DNA from: Ktedonobacterales bacterium
GTDB lineage: Bacteria; Chloroflexota; Ktedonobacteria; Ktedonobacterales; JADMIN01
Assembly: GCA_036557205.1 (NCBI GenBank)
Contig: DATBIB010000037.1
Coordinates: forward strand, 1,163-65,162
DNA: 64,000 nucleotides
Reading direction: 5' to 3'
The translations under genes and the position numbers were made by a program. Positions 29,201-38,514 of the stretch are shown piece after piece (the first letter of the stretch is position 1; every line of letters starts with the position of its first letter). Under the pieces are notes generated by a model, which made no database searches, was not told the DNA's origin, and saw only the letters and a list, made by a program, of their open reading frames with translations.

Positions 29201-30400
29201 TCACAGGGAACTACGCTCGTGGGATGCCATTGGTTCGCCGTGTAGCCGCAGCACCTCATCCTGCGCCCAGGAACAGGCGGCCAGCACCGTCTCCAGGTCG
29301 GGATCGTCCACGACGGTGTGCCGCGAGAGCACGTCCTCCAGGATGGCGGCGATATCCGTCAGCCGAATCTCCCCGCGCAGGAAGAGCGGAACCGCTTGCT
29401 CGTCCGCGCCCACCAGCACCGCAGGAGCCGTGCCGCCGCGTCGCCCCGTCTCATACGCCAGGCGCAGGCAAGGGAACCGCGCCATATCCACCGCCTCAAA
29501 GTCCAGATGGCCGACGGCGGGCCAGCTCAGCGGATGGGAGAGCGTGGTGACCTCGCGGCTCAGTCGGGCGGGATAGCTCAGCGCGTACTGGATGGGCAGG
29601 TGCATGCTGGGTAGGCTCGCCTGCATCTTGATCGAATCATCGACAAACTCGACCATCGAATGGATGATGCTCTGCGGATGGACGACGACCTCGATCTGGT
29701 CGTAGGGCATATCATAGAGCCAGTGGGCCTCGATGACCTCTAGCCCTTTATTCACGAGCGTCGCCGAGTCGATGGTGATCTTCTGCCCCATCTGCCACGT
29801 TGGATGCGCCAGCGCCTGCTCGACCGTGACATCGCGCATCTCCTCCAGCGTCGCCCTGCGCAGCGGCCCGCCCGACGCGGTAATCAGCAGGCGGCGCACC
29901 TCAGCCGTCCGCTCGCCATGCAGGCACTGCCAGAGGGCGCTGTGCTCGCTATCCACCGGCAGAATCGCGACGCCAGCCGCGCGTGCCTCCGCCATCACCA
30001 GATGGCCCGCCATCACCAGCGTTTCCTTGTTGGCCAGCGCAATCGTCTTGCCCGCGCGCATCGCCGCCAGCGTTGGCCGCAGCCCGATCAGGCCAGAGGT
30101 CGCCGCGACAACAGTCTTGGCCGCTGGATGTGTGGCGGCGGTGGTCAGCCCTTCGACGCCGTGCAGCGCGTTGGGGAGCAAATCGGCGGCCTGCGCTTGC
30201 GTGGCGGGGTCATCACTGGTATAGGCGACGATCTCCGCGCCAAACTCGCGCGCCTGCTCGGCCAACAGCGTGATGTTGCCGCGCGCCGCCAGCGCGACGA
30301 CGCGAAAATGGTCGGGAAAAGCGCGCACGACATCCAGGGTCTGGCGACCAATCGAGCCGGTGCTGCCAAGCACGGTGATGCCGAGGCGTGAATCTGTCAT
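29201..30400 (-). CDS. dxr: 1-deoxy-D-xylulose-5-phosphate reductoisomerase
   Basis: ORF 29201..30544. Start trimmed to ATG 30400 (MTDSRLGITVLGSTGSIGRQTLDV), with GGAGG 13 nt upstream. 'LANKETLV', 'DSEHSA', 'HPQSIIHSMVEF'. Confidence 0.95.
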   Translation of the reverse strand: MTDSRLGITVLGSTGSIGRQTLDVVRAFPDHFRVVALAARGNITLLAEQAREFGAEIVAYTSDDPATQAQAADLLPNALHGVEGLTTAATHPAAKTVVAATSGLIGLRPTLAAMRAGKTIALANKETLVMAGHLVMAEARAAGVAILPVDSEHSALWQCLHGERTAEVRRLLITASGGPLRRATLEEMRDVTVEQALAHPTWQMGQKITIDSATLVNKGLEVIEAHWLYDMPYDQIEVVVHPQSIIHSMVEFVDDSIKMQASLPSMHLPIQYALSYPARLSREVTTLSHPLSWPAVGHLDFEAVDMARFPCLRLAYETGRRGGTAPAVLVGADEQAVPLFLRGEIRLTDIAAILEDVLSRHTVVDDPDLETVLAACSWAQDEVLRLHGEPMASHERSSL

Positions 30401-30597
30401 AGCGTTGGGCGGCCTCCATCCGGTCATCGGCGGGGCGCGCAATCGCTGGCCCACGCCGCGCCAGATTATATCACAGCGCATTGCCCGCGCCCGTGAATAA
30501 CACCCAGAAGACCTTGCGCAATGTTTGCGGCTTTCGTGTAGCATACGTCTAGCGGAGAAGCAGAGCGAGAGAGGCGCCAGCGAGAGGGAGAACGACG

Positions 30598-31479
30598 ATG
30601 TCTGAGCCGACTAATGACGCACCCGCGATATCCCTGCCACGAGCGATGTGGAAGGTGCTCGAACCCATTCACGCGATGATCTACTTTGCGCCCGAGGCAC
30701 GGGCGGCCTATAGCGAGGCCGGGCTAAAAGGCTACTGGATGGGCTATTTCGCCTCGCGCTCGGCGGCGATGGGGCCGGTCGAACCGGAGGTGGTCGCCGC
30801 CACGTTTTACAACTTCCATCCACGGATGGTCGCACGGGCGATTCCCGACGCATGGCGCTTCTCCTCGCCGGAACAGATCGTCACGGCGCGCTATGCTTCC
30901 GCCGATGCCGCGCTCCGTCGCCTGCTGGGCGATGCCGCCGTGGGGTCAGCCATTGAGGAGGCGGCGCAACTGGCCTATATGGCAGCCTCGGCGTGCGATG
31001 TGGCGGGGCGGCCGCTCTTCGCCGCCCATAGCGCGCACCCCTGGCCCGAAGCGGCTCACATGCGCCTCTGGCACACGGCGACGTTGCTACGCGAATATCG
31101 CGGCGATGGACATGTCGCCTCGCTGCTCGCGGGCGGGATCGATGGCTGCGAGGCACATGTTACGCTCGTTGGGACCGGAACGGTCTCGCGCGAGGCGATC
31201 CAGCCGCACCGGGGTTGGAGCGATGAGGAGTGGGAGGCCGCTGAGACGCGGCTGCGCGCCCGTGGCTGGCTCGACGACGCGGGTATGCTCACTCCGGCTG
31301 GCCGTGAGGCCCGAGCGTGGGTGGAGGCGCGCACTGACGCTCTCGCCGCTCGCCCATGGAAGGCATTAGGCGCGGATGGCTGCGCGCGGCTGCGCGAGCT
31401 GTCCTTCACGCTGAGCGATACCATCGTGCGTGCTGGCGGCGTCCCGATACCCAATCCGATGGGCCTTCCGTGGCCATAG
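30598..31479 (+). CDS. Conserved hypothetical protein, possibly the actinobacterial SCO6745-like family (from memory, unverified)
   Basis: Good coding composition and a GGGAGAACGACG-ATG context. N-terminal 'WKVLEPIHAMIYFAPEARAAY'. No catalytic motif recognised. Confidence 0.6.
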   Translation: MSEPTNDAPAISLPRAMWKVLEPIHAMIYFAPEARAAYSEAGLKGYWMGYFASRSAAMGPVEPEVVAATFYNFHPRMVARAIPDAWRFSSPEQIVTARYASADAALRRLLGDAAVGSAIEEAAQLAYMAASACDVAGRPLFAAHSAHPWPEAAHMRLWHTATLLREYRGDGHVASLLAGGIDGCEAHVTLVGTGTVSREAIQPHRGWSDEEWEAAETRLRARGWLDDAGMLTPAGREARAWVEARTDALAARPWKALGADGCARLRELSFTLSDTIVRAGGVPIPNPMGLPWP

Positions 31480-31592
31480 CAGCGCCACCACTGCGCCGGG
31501 CGAGGCCCTCGCCATGTATAATGGGAAGCTGAAGCGCCGGGCAGCTGGCGTATAAAATGGCGGCAGAAGTTTAGAAGATGCAAAGGATCAGC

Positions 31593-32054
31593 ATGGGCGA
31601 GGGTGAGATTGCGAACGGTTCGGGCAAGAGGAGTGGGCTGGTCGTCGTCACGGGCGTCTTCGATCTGCTGCACATCGGGCATCTGCGCTTCCTGGAGGCG
31701 GCGCGCCACCTGGGCGACACGCTGATCGTCGGCGTCGAAGATGATGCGCGGGTGCGGCGCTGGAAGGGCGCGGACCGGCCCATCATGTCAGAAGATGACC
31801 GCTGCGATCTGCTAGCCGCGCTCCGGGTGGTGGACCGCGTCTTTCTCATTTCCGGCGAGCGAGTGGATCCCGACTATTACGTCGATCTGCTGCAACCGCT
31901 CGCGCCGCGCTACCTTGCCGTCACCGCCGATGACCCGTTCCTGGCTGAGAAACAGACGGCGATGGCGCGTATCGGCGTTGAGGTGCGTGTCGTCACGCCG
32001 CGCATCGAAAACTACTCGACCAGTCGGCTGATTCGCCTGCTTGGCCTTGCCTGA
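31593..32054 (+). CDS. Cytidylyltransferase-family nucleotidyltransferase (TagD / RfaE domain II-like)
   Basis: ORF 31578..32054. ATG 31593 preferred, with AAGGA 6 nt upstream. 'VVTGVFDLLHIGHLRFLEAAR' is the (H/T)xGH motif; 'STSRLI' near the C-terminus. Confidence 0.8.
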   Translation: MGEGEIANGSGKRSGLVVVTGVFDLLHIGHLRFLEAARHLGDTLIVGVEDDARVRRWKGADRPIMSEDDRCDLLAALRVVDRVFLISGERVDPDYYVDLLQPLAPRYLAVTADDPFLAEKQTAMARIGVEVRVVTPRIENYSTSRLIRLLGLA

Positions 32055-32198
32055 GTCGTGAGGCAGCGCTAGTATAGTGGCACAGAGCATCGCTGCATCG
32101 GGGAGCCCAATTGTGGCGCCAGTATAACTCGGTCCGTATGCCCAGATGATGGATTCCGTGTGATGTGTCAGTCTCGTGTCGCAGGAGGAAGACGACTC

Positions 32199-32996
32199 AT
32201 GTGCTTTGATGTTGACTCTCAGCCACCCATCGCGCCGCACCACGGTCTTCCGGTACGCACGGACGAACTGGTGCTCTCGGCTTTTGACGGTACACGTTTC
32301 AACGCCTTCGCCGCGCATAGCGATTCCCCCACGCCATCCGACGCCGCCATCGTCATCATGCCAGATGTACGCGGCCTGTTTTCGTTCTACCGCGAGCTTG
32401 CCAAACGGTTCGCCGAGGCGGGCATCGACGCTGTCGCGATTGACTACTTTGGTCGTACCGCCGGGCTGGATCCGCGCGAGGACTCTTTCGACTATATGCC
32501 TCATGTCATGCAGACCAAACCAGAAACCGTTAGCATGGATGTCGCCTCAGGCGTCGCCTATCTGCGCGGCATGCCGGGGAGCGGGTCGCGGTCAATCTTT
32601 ACCGTCGGTTTTTGCTTCGGCGGCCATCATTCATTCCTGCAGGCCGCCAATCATCATGGCCTCGCGGGGGTGGTTGGCTTCTACGGCTCCCCGATGCCGC
32701 GTCAGGGAGCAACAGTCGGACCAATTCAGCGGATCGATGAGTTCGAGTGTCCCGTGCTGGGTCTGTTCGGTGGCACAGATCAGGGGATACCGCAGGAGTC
32801 CATCAATGCGTTCGACGAGGCGCTGACCAGTGCGCACATCGAGCATGAGCTGATCGTCTATCCCAACGCGCCGCACAGCTTCTTCGACCGCAAGCAGGAG
32901 GAGTTCCAGCAGGAGTCGGACGATGCGTGGCAGCGGATATTGCAGTTCGTCGCCGCGCATACGCCGCAGTCGGGACAGGCGCCCGCCCAGGCGTGA
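32199..32996 (+). CDS. Dienelactone hydrolase-family alpha/beta hydrolase
   Basis: ORF 32160..32996. Start trimmed to ATG 32199, after AGGAGGAAG. 'GFCFGG' nucleophile-elbow variant and 'YPNAPHSF' C-terminal His motif, typical of the DLH family. Confidence 0.8.
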   Translation: MCFDVDSQPPIAPHHGLPVRTDELVLSAFDGTRFNAFAAHSDSPTPSDAAIVIMPDVRGLFSFYRELAKRFAEAGIDAVAIDYFGRTAGLDPREDSFDYMPHVMQTKPETVSMDVASGVAYLRGMPGSGSRSIFTVGFCFGGHHSFLQAANHHGLAGVVGFYGSPMPRQGATVGPIQRIDEFECPVLGLFGGTDQGIPQESINAFDEALTSAHIEHELIVYPNAPHSFFDRKQEEFQQESDDAWQRILQFVAAHTPQSGQAPAQA

Positions 32997-33017
32997 TTAG
33001 GAGTAGCTGGTTGGCGG

Positions 33018-33056
33018 CCCTCTCCCCCTAACCCCTCCCCTAAAAGGGAGGGGAAC
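33018..33056 (+). repeat. C-tract/G-tract palindromic intergenic repeat, copy C
   Basis: CCCTCTCCCCCTAACCCCTCCCCTAAAAGGGAGGGGAACC, a hairpin CCCCTCCC/GGGAGGGG. It lies 22 nt after the stop of the dienelactone hydrolase gene. Confidence 0.75.
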
Positions 33057-33218
33057 CAGAACATTAGCTTCCAGTTCGCGCGGCTGCCAGTCACGGGTTT
33101 CATCTCTGCACTCGCTAGCGGATATCCCGTTAGGGTGCAGTCTGGAAGCCCGCACAGGCGGGCTTTGCGGCGGAGCGTTAGCGAAGCCCATAGGCGCGGC
33201 TTCAGCCGCCAGCGCTCG

Positions 33219-33776
33219 CTACAACAGCCGTTCAACCTCGATCTCCGCTGGGAACTGCATGCGGTCAGGCTCGCCGAGCCAGAAGAGCCGTTTGAGCGCC
33301 TCGCCCGCGGCAAAGAGCAGGTGCTGCTCCGTCGTCTCTCGCGTTTCCGCGTAGGCCGAGGAGCCGTCGTGGGCGCGCGTGCTGAGGAACCAGTCGCGCA
33401 CCGGCGAGCCAATGGCGGCGCGCACCAAATAGCAACGCATCTTGATCGCGCCCTGGCTCTCCGGCAGAAAGATGCGCAGTTGCGGCGCGCCCGCCACCAG
33501 ATCGAGCCGATAGAAGACCCCGAAGTGTTCGCGCGAGGTCTGGAAGAGTGAAAGCTCGGCCTCGCCGCGTGCCTCCTCATCCACGGCGCCATCTCCTTCG
33601 AGCGCGAACGGCAAGATATCCTCCGCCTCCTGCTCCGCCCCTGTCTGTGCGGGACGATGAGGAGCATAGGGCATACTGGAAGTTGGTGGCGGAGCGGGAG
33701 CCAGCTCTTCGGCGGGATCTTCCAGCACGACACCAAGCTGCGCCAACAGCTCCGCCAGTTGTTCGTCGAGTGTCAT
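33219..33776 (-). CDS. Hypothetical protein
   Basis: 185-aa ORF with balanced composition. Preferred over the overlapping Arg/Ser-rich 32858..33736 frame. No recognised motif. Confidence 0.5.
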   Translation of the reverse strand: MTLDEQLAELLAQLGVVLEDPAEELAPAPPPTSSMPYAPHRPAQTGAEQEAEDILPFALEGDGAVDEEARGEAELSLFQTSREHFGVFYRLDLVAGAPQLRIFLPESQGAIKMRCYLVRAAIGSPVRDWFLSTRAHDGSSAYAETRETTEQHLLFAAGEALKRLFWLGEPDRMQFPAEIEVERLL

Positions 33777-33956
33777 AGTCTGCCTCCCGTGGATTGGGTA
33801 TGAGTAAATAGGAAGTGAAAGAAGTAGGGTTGTGGTGATGCATTCTCTGGCGGTTGGCTCCAGTCGGAAAAAGTCGCGGTAGTGAGGGAGCCGTTACGGG
33901 CCATTGGCGCGGACGGTGAGTGATATACTGCACGCGAAAATGCGCCATCAAACGGC

Positions 33957-35915
33957 TTGAGCGCGGGGATGGGTGACACAGGAGAGATGGATCGGGGCAT
34001 GCGAGAGACACGGGTGGATGGCGCAGCCGAAACTTCCACTGCGCCAGCGGCGACATCCGCCGGGTCCGATGCGCTAGAGCACCTCATGTTTGGCTGGCGC
34101 TGGGCGGACGCGCTGCTCGACTGGGCCTGGCGACATCCTCGCCTTCTGTTGGCGATTGCGCTGGTTGCGGGCGTGCTGGCGCGGCTCTTCCTGGTCATCC
34201 GCTCGAATGCCCTGATCGACGGCGACGAGGCCATGGTCGGCATCCAGGCCGAGCGTATCCTCCATGGCGACTTCCCCACCTATTTCTACGGCCAGGCGTA
34301 TATGGGCAGCTTGGAGACCTACCTGATCGCCGCGCTCTTTCGCCTGTTTGGTCCCTCAGCCTGGGCCATGCGCGCCGTGCCCATCCTGCTCTCGCTGCTG
34401 CTGGTCTATCTCACCTGGCGGCTGGCCTACGCCCTGTTGCCGCGTGACGCGCGCGCGACCCCGCTACTTGCCGGGCTGGCCGCGCTTTTCGCCGCAGTTC
34501 CGCCGCTCTACGACGCCGTGACCGAGCTACGCACCTGGGGCGGGCAGATCGAGGTCTACGTCATCATCCTCGCGCTGCTGCTCGCCACCGTCGAGCTGGC
34601 GCAACGGCTCCGCGAGGGGGCAGGCGCTGCCGAGCTGGCGCGGCGCTGGGCCATCTGGGGATTGCTGGCGGGACTGGGCATCTGGGTCAATCCGCTGATT
34701 GTCTACGCCCTCATCACCGCCGTCCTCTGGCTGGCGTTTCCCTACATGCAACGGGCGTTCCCCGGATTGCTGGCGCGCCTGCGCCGGAACGACAACGCGC
34801 ATGCTGAGACGCATGTAATCCAGCCAGCAAACGCGCTAAGCCTGCTGGCCATAATTCCTGGCTTACTTGTCGGCGGACTGCCCGCCTGGATCTACGCGCT
34901 ACGCTACTATGGCGAAAACTTGCTGGTCTATCTCACCCAGCCCGCTGTCAGTCCGGCTGTCAGCGGCGCGGCGCGGCAGGGACGGCTCGTGCTGGCGGCG
35001 GCGATCACGACCCACTATGCGGGGTGCATCGCGCCGCAGGTCTTCAACGGCATGATGCCTGCCGAGCCGGTGCTCTATTGGCTGCCGCTACGCCTGCTGC
35101 TACTTGTGCCGCCGCTGGTTGGCATCCTCTGCGCCGTCTGGCTGCTGCGCCGTGGCAAAGATGGCGGAGGTTGGCAGATCCGCGCCGGGCTGCCGCTGCT
35201 CTTTGTCGCGGTTATCACCGCCGTCTTCTGTCTCGGTACCTCTGCCTGGGCCGCCTCGAAGAACTGCGAGTACGATCTCGCCGGACGCTACGCCGTCCCA
35301 CTGGCGCTGGCGGAGCCGTTTGTGCTGCTGGCGCTCTTCGCGCTGCCATTCGCATGGCCCGCTCTCCGGCGAGTGCTGCGCCGTCCCGCGAGGCCGCTCA
35401 ACCAACGGATGCTCGTCCACGGCTGGCGGATCGCCCTGCTGGCGCTGCTGCTTGGAGGCGTCATCCAATTTGGCACGTATTTCGTCTCGGACATGCAGAC
35501 GGCGTTCCAGTCGCCGTTCTACCGCTACATTCGCCAGGACCAGAGCCAGCTCTACGACTATCTCCAGACGCACGATATTCATGACGCCTGGTGTAATCAC
35601 TGGCTCGGCAACATCATCACCTTCCGCACTGATGGACAGACGGTCTGCGCCGACTACTACGATCAGGTGGTCAAGGGCGGTATTCAGCGCCCGCCAGGCA
35701 CGCTGCGAGCCGTGAGCGAGGCGGCACGCCCCAGCCTCATCATCGCGCGCGTCAACCCGCATCCGATCTTGGCGCAAGAGCTTGACGCCCAGGGCATCCC
35801 GTACACCATCGCGGTGCTGTCGCAGGCGGGCGTCACCATCATCACCCCGGCGCGCACGGTTGACCCCGCGACGGTCATCGACGGCCTGGCGCAGGATTAC
35901 GGCGCAAACCAGTGA
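33957..35915 (+). CDS. Polytopic membrane glycosyltransferase (GT39/GT83, ArnT/PMT_2-like)
   Basis: About 12 predicted TM helices. N-terminal 'DGDEAMVGIQAERIL...YFYGQAYMGSLETYL' is typical of dolichyl/undecaprenyl-phosphate-sugar-dependent glycosyltransferases. The exact start is uncertain. Confidence 0.7.
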   Translation: MSAGMGDTGEMDRGMRETRVDGAAETSTAPAATSAGSDALEHLMFGWRWADALLDWAWRHPRLLLAIALVAGVLARLFLVIRSNALIDGDEAMVGIQAERILHGDFPTYFYGQAYMGSLETYLIAALFRLFGPSAWAMRAVPILLSLLLVYLTWRLAYALLPRDARATPLLAGLAALFAAVPPLYDAVTELRTWGGQIEVYVIILALLLATVELAQRLREGAGAAELARRWAIWGLLAGLGIWVNPLIVYALITAVLWLAFPYMQRAFPGLLARLRRNDNAHAETHVIQPANALSLLAIIPGLLVGGLPAWIYALRYYGENLLVYLTQPAVSPAVSGAARQGRLVLAAAITTHYAGCIAPQVFNGMMPAEPVLYWLPLRLLLLVPPLVGILCAVWLLRRGKDGGGWQIRAGLPLLFVAVITAVFCLGTSAWAASKNCEYDLAGRYAVPLALAEPFVLLALFALPFAWPALRRVLRRPARPLNQRMLVHGWRIALLALLLGGVIQFGTYFVSDMQTAFQSPFYRYIRQDQSQLYDYLQTHDIHDAWCNHWLGNIITFRTDGQTVCADYYDQVVKGGIQRPPGTLRAVSEAARPSLIIARVNPHPILAQELDAQGIPYTIAVLSQAGVTIITPARTVDPATVIDGLAQDYGANQ

Positions 35916-36051
35916 TAGTGGTGGGTGAACTCAGCACCGGCGCGCATGTGAGCAGCGTGCTGGCGGATTGGCGAGCATCACAGCTACGATACCGAAGAGA
36001 GTCGTTTCACGCATCGTACATGCATGCTGGACCAGGAAAGCGAGGGAACTG

Positions 36052-36450
36052 ATGTCTGACACTCAGCCGCACAGACGCCCAGCCCTCAAGCTGACATCCA
36101 AGTGGGCGCCGATGTTCACCGCCGACGACATGAAGGCCTATCTGCAAGGCGCGCCAGAGTGCTCGTTGGGACCAACTCTCTCTGGAGAGGCGCCAACCGT
36201 TGAGTCGGTGGAATTCGTAACCTGTAAAGAACTGACCGACCGCATAAAGGTGTATATCGGGCCGGACGATGATGCGCTCGTCTGCTATGTCGTGCTGCGC
36301 GGTCCGTTCCTCTTGTCGCTGATGTCGATGCCGCCGGGGGCTAATCCTGGGCCACACTTCAGCGAGAGAGTGATAGAAATCTACGATGCCAGTACAGGTC
36401 GCCTGCTCGTGAGTGGCGTTGGCCCATCCAGGCGGAGACCTGGTGATTGA
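36052..36450 (+). CDS. Hypothetical protein
   Basis: ORF 35968..36450. Start trimmed to ATG 36052, with GAGGGA 6 nt upstream. No recognised motif. Confidence 0.45.
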   Translation: MSDTQPHRRPALKLTSKWAPMFTADDMKAYLQGAPECSLGPTLSGEAPTVESVEFVTCKELTDRIKVYIGPDDDALVCYVVLRGPFLLSLMSMPPGANPGPHFSERVIEIYDASTGRLLVSGVGPSRRRPGD

Positions 36451-36573
36451 CAGAGGGGTGACATCCAACCCGAGATGCGAGGTCAACATTCACAAGCCGA
36501 CCACGTGAGTCTAGCCCGCTTTGGACTGAGCGCTTGTGGGTGGCGCGGCAAGCTGTCAGGGTCGCGCGGGGTG

Positions 36574-36582
36574 TGGTATACT
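36574..36582 (+). promoter_or_regulatory. Extended -10 promoter element (TGgTATACT) upstream of the metG leader
   Basis: tgTGgTATACT at 36572-36582; weak -35 (TGTCAG) 17 nt upstream. It would start transcription ~40 nt before the leader ORF. Confidence 0.4.
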
Positions 36583-36625
36583 GAGGGCAACTTCAGCGAG
36601 TCATTGACGACAAGGTAATGATTTC

Positions 36626-36718
36626 ATGACGACGACCATTCAGCAGAGCATCAGCATGATGATGGAGATGGCCATGCGCACGCCGCGCGGGGCATCGTCC
36701 AGGTTGTCTGCTCGCTGA
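36626..36718 (+). CDS. Candidate Met-rich leader peptide (30 aa): MTTTIQQSISMMMEMAMRTPRGASSRLSAR
   Basis: Translated by hand; below the 60-aa cutoff of the ORF track. AAGGTAA lies 8 nt upstream of the ATG. Codons 11-17 are ATG ATG ATG GAG ATG GCC ATG. The ORF lies between a promoter-like element and a terminator directly upstream of metG. Confidence 0.5.
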   Translation: MTTTIQQSISMMMEMAMRTPRGASSRLSAR

Positions 36719-36732
36719 TCGTCAGCGCGAGA

Positions 36733-36776
36733 CCGGGGCCGCTCCGCGAGGAGGCGGCCCTTTTTGTGTCCTTTTT
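36733..36776 (+). terminator. Intrinsic terminator / attenuator immediately upstream of metG
   Basis: GGGCCGCTCC-GCGA-GGAGGCGGCCC, a ~10-bp G/C stem with one bulge and a GNRA loop, followed by TTTTTGTGTCCTTTTT. It ends 38 nt before the metG ATG. Confidence 0.75.
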
Positions 36777-36814
36777 GATTGCATCATCTATCGAGCGAAG
36801 AGAGCGAACGCGCC

Positions 36815-38443
36815 ATGACGAAAGCAAAGAAAGCATCAGCGAAGCGACCAACGGCAAAGAAGTCACCGTGGTACGTCTCCACCACTATCCCTTATGTCAA
36901 CGCCAATCCGCATATCGGCCACGCGCTGGAATACGTGCTAACAGACGCACTAGCCCGCTATCATCGCCGCGTCGGCGACGATGTTTTCTTCCTCACCGGC
37001 ACCGATGAGAACGCGCTAACCAACGTCCAGAGCGCTGAACGTCTGGGCGTTCCTGTTGCGGAACTGGTCGAGCGCAATTCAACGCGCTTCCGCGAGCTGG
37101 CCGAGACGCTGGAAACCTCATTCGACGACTTCATCCGCACCAGCGCCGATCCGCGCCACACCCCGGGCGTCCATAAGCTGTGGGAGGCCTGTGCCCAGAA
37201 CGGCGACATCTACAAGCGCCACTACCACGGCCTCTACTGCGTTCGCTGCGAATTGTTCTATCGCGAGGACGAGCTGGTGGATGGCCTCTGCCCGATTCAC
37301 CATATCGCGCCTGAGGAGGTCGAGGAGGAGAACTATTTCTTCCGCCTCTCGCGCTATGCCGATCAGCTGGAGCAGTTGATCGCCTCAGATACGCTGCGTG
37401 TCGTGCCAGAGACACGCAAGAACGAGGTGCTCAGCTTCATCCGCCGCGGTCTGGAAGACTTCAGCATCTCGCGTTCCCGCGAGCGCGCCCACGGCTGGGG
37501 TGTCCCCGTGCCGGGCGACCCCTCGCAGGTGATCTATGTCTGGTATGACGCCCTGGGCAACTACATCACAGCGCTGGGCTACGCCGACGATGGCCCGCTT
37601 TACCAGCGCTACTGGCAGGAGAATCCCCAGCGGCTGCATGTGCTGGGCAAGGATGTCATACGCTTCCATGCCATCTACTGGCCCGCGATGCTGCTCTCGG
37701 CGCAGGTGCCGCTGCCGACGACGGTGCTGGCGCATGGCTTTATTACCAGCGGCGGCCAGAAGATGAGCAAATCGCTGGGTAATGTGATCGACCCGGCGCA
37801 GATTGTGGCGGACTACGGTGTGGAACCGCTGCGCTACTTTCTCTTGCGCGAGATAAGCCCATTTAGCGATAGCGACTTCACGCTGGAGCGGTTTCTGCGC
37901 GCCTGCAATACCGACCTGGCCGACCAGCTAGGCAACCTGCTCAACCGCACGATCAATATGATCCAGCGCTACACCGACGGCGTGATTCCCGTCTCCGGCT
38001 CCCTGACAGACGCCGAGCAAGCGCTCATCGCACAGGCGCAGGCGCTCCCCGGCCTGGTGGACGCCTCCGTGCGCGCGTATTCCTCGAACGAGGCGCTGGC
38101 GGCCATCTGGGAGCTAGTCGGGACGGCCAACCGCTATGTGGCCGAAGTAGCGCCATGGGAGTTGGCGAAGGTGCGCAAGGCGGGCGACGAGGAGGCGGTG
38201 CGGCGGCTGGATACCGCGCTCTACACGCTAGCGGAAACGCTTCGGCTGGTGGCGCAACTGCTCGTGCCATTTCTGCCGGAGACCGCCGCGAAGATCGCCG
38301 CGCAACTGGGCGTCGCGCTCGACGAGGGCGCGCCATGGGTGGATGTCACCGTCTGGGGACAGCTCGCGGCTGGGACGCGAGTCCAGCCCGGTCCGGTGCT
38401 CTTCCGCAAGTGGGAGATCGAAGATGAAAGTATTGTTCGATGA
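36815..38443 (+). CDS. metG: Methionine--tRNA ligase
   Basis: ORF 36779..38443. ATG 36815 preferred because it lies downstream of the terminator T-tract. 'YVNANPHIGH' (HIGH), 'KMSKS', Cys knuckle 'CVRCELFY...GLCPIHH'. Short form without a C-terminal Trbp111-like domain. Confidence 0.95.
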   Translation: MTKAKKASAKRPTAKKSPWYVSTTIPYVNANPHIGHALEYVLTDALARYHRRVGDDVFFLTGTDENALTNVQSAERLGVPVAELVERNSTRFRELAETLETSFDDFIRTSADPRHTPGVHKLWEACAQNGDIYKRHYHGLYCVRCELFYREDELVDGLCPIHHIAPEEVEEENYFFRLSRYADQLEQLIASDTLRVVPETRKNEVLSFIRRGLEDFSISRSRERAHGWGVPVPGDPSQVIYVWYDALGNYITALGYADDGPLYQRYWQENPQRLHVLGKDVIRFHAIYWPAMLLSAQVPLPTTVLAHGFITSGGQKMSKSLGNVIDPAQIVADYGVEPLRYFLLREISPFSDSDFTLERFLRACNTDLADQLGNLLNRTINMIQRYTDGVIPVSGSLTDAEQALIAQAQALPGLVDASVRAYSSNEALAAIWELVGTANRYVAEVAPWELAKVRKAGDEEAVRRLDTALYTLAETLRLVAQLLVPFLPETAAKIAAQLGVALDEGAPWVDVTVWGQLAAGTRVQPGPVLFRKWEIEDESIVR

Positions 38444-38485
38444 CCGAAAGTGACGTAGGCACGATGCCTTACGTATAACTATATA

Positions 38486-38514
38486 TTGATGCGATATATT
38501 TGGAAGCGTATACT
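38486..38514 (+). promoter_or_regulatory. Sigma70-type promoter in the A/T-rich spacer upstream of the giant helicase gene
   Basis: TTGATG (38486-38491), 17 nt, TATACT (38509-38514). It predicts a ~215-nt 5' UTR. Confidence 0.5.

Noticed and set aside
32858-33736. A 292-aa minus-strand ORF competing with 33219..33776.
   Set aside because: The translation is extremely Arg/Ser/Cys-rich, and its 3' end runs through the intergenic palindromic repeat at 33018-33056. The alternative frame has normal composition.
36500-36780. A T-box riboswitch upstream of metG; 'GGGTGGCGCGG' at ~36538 vaguely resembles the T-box sequence.
   Set aside because: The match lacks the conserved GGTGGTACCGCG core. It lies ~190 nt upstream of the terminator and upstream of the predicted promoter, so it is not positioned to form the antiterminator. 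No specifier-loop architecture was evident. The leader-peptide model fits better.
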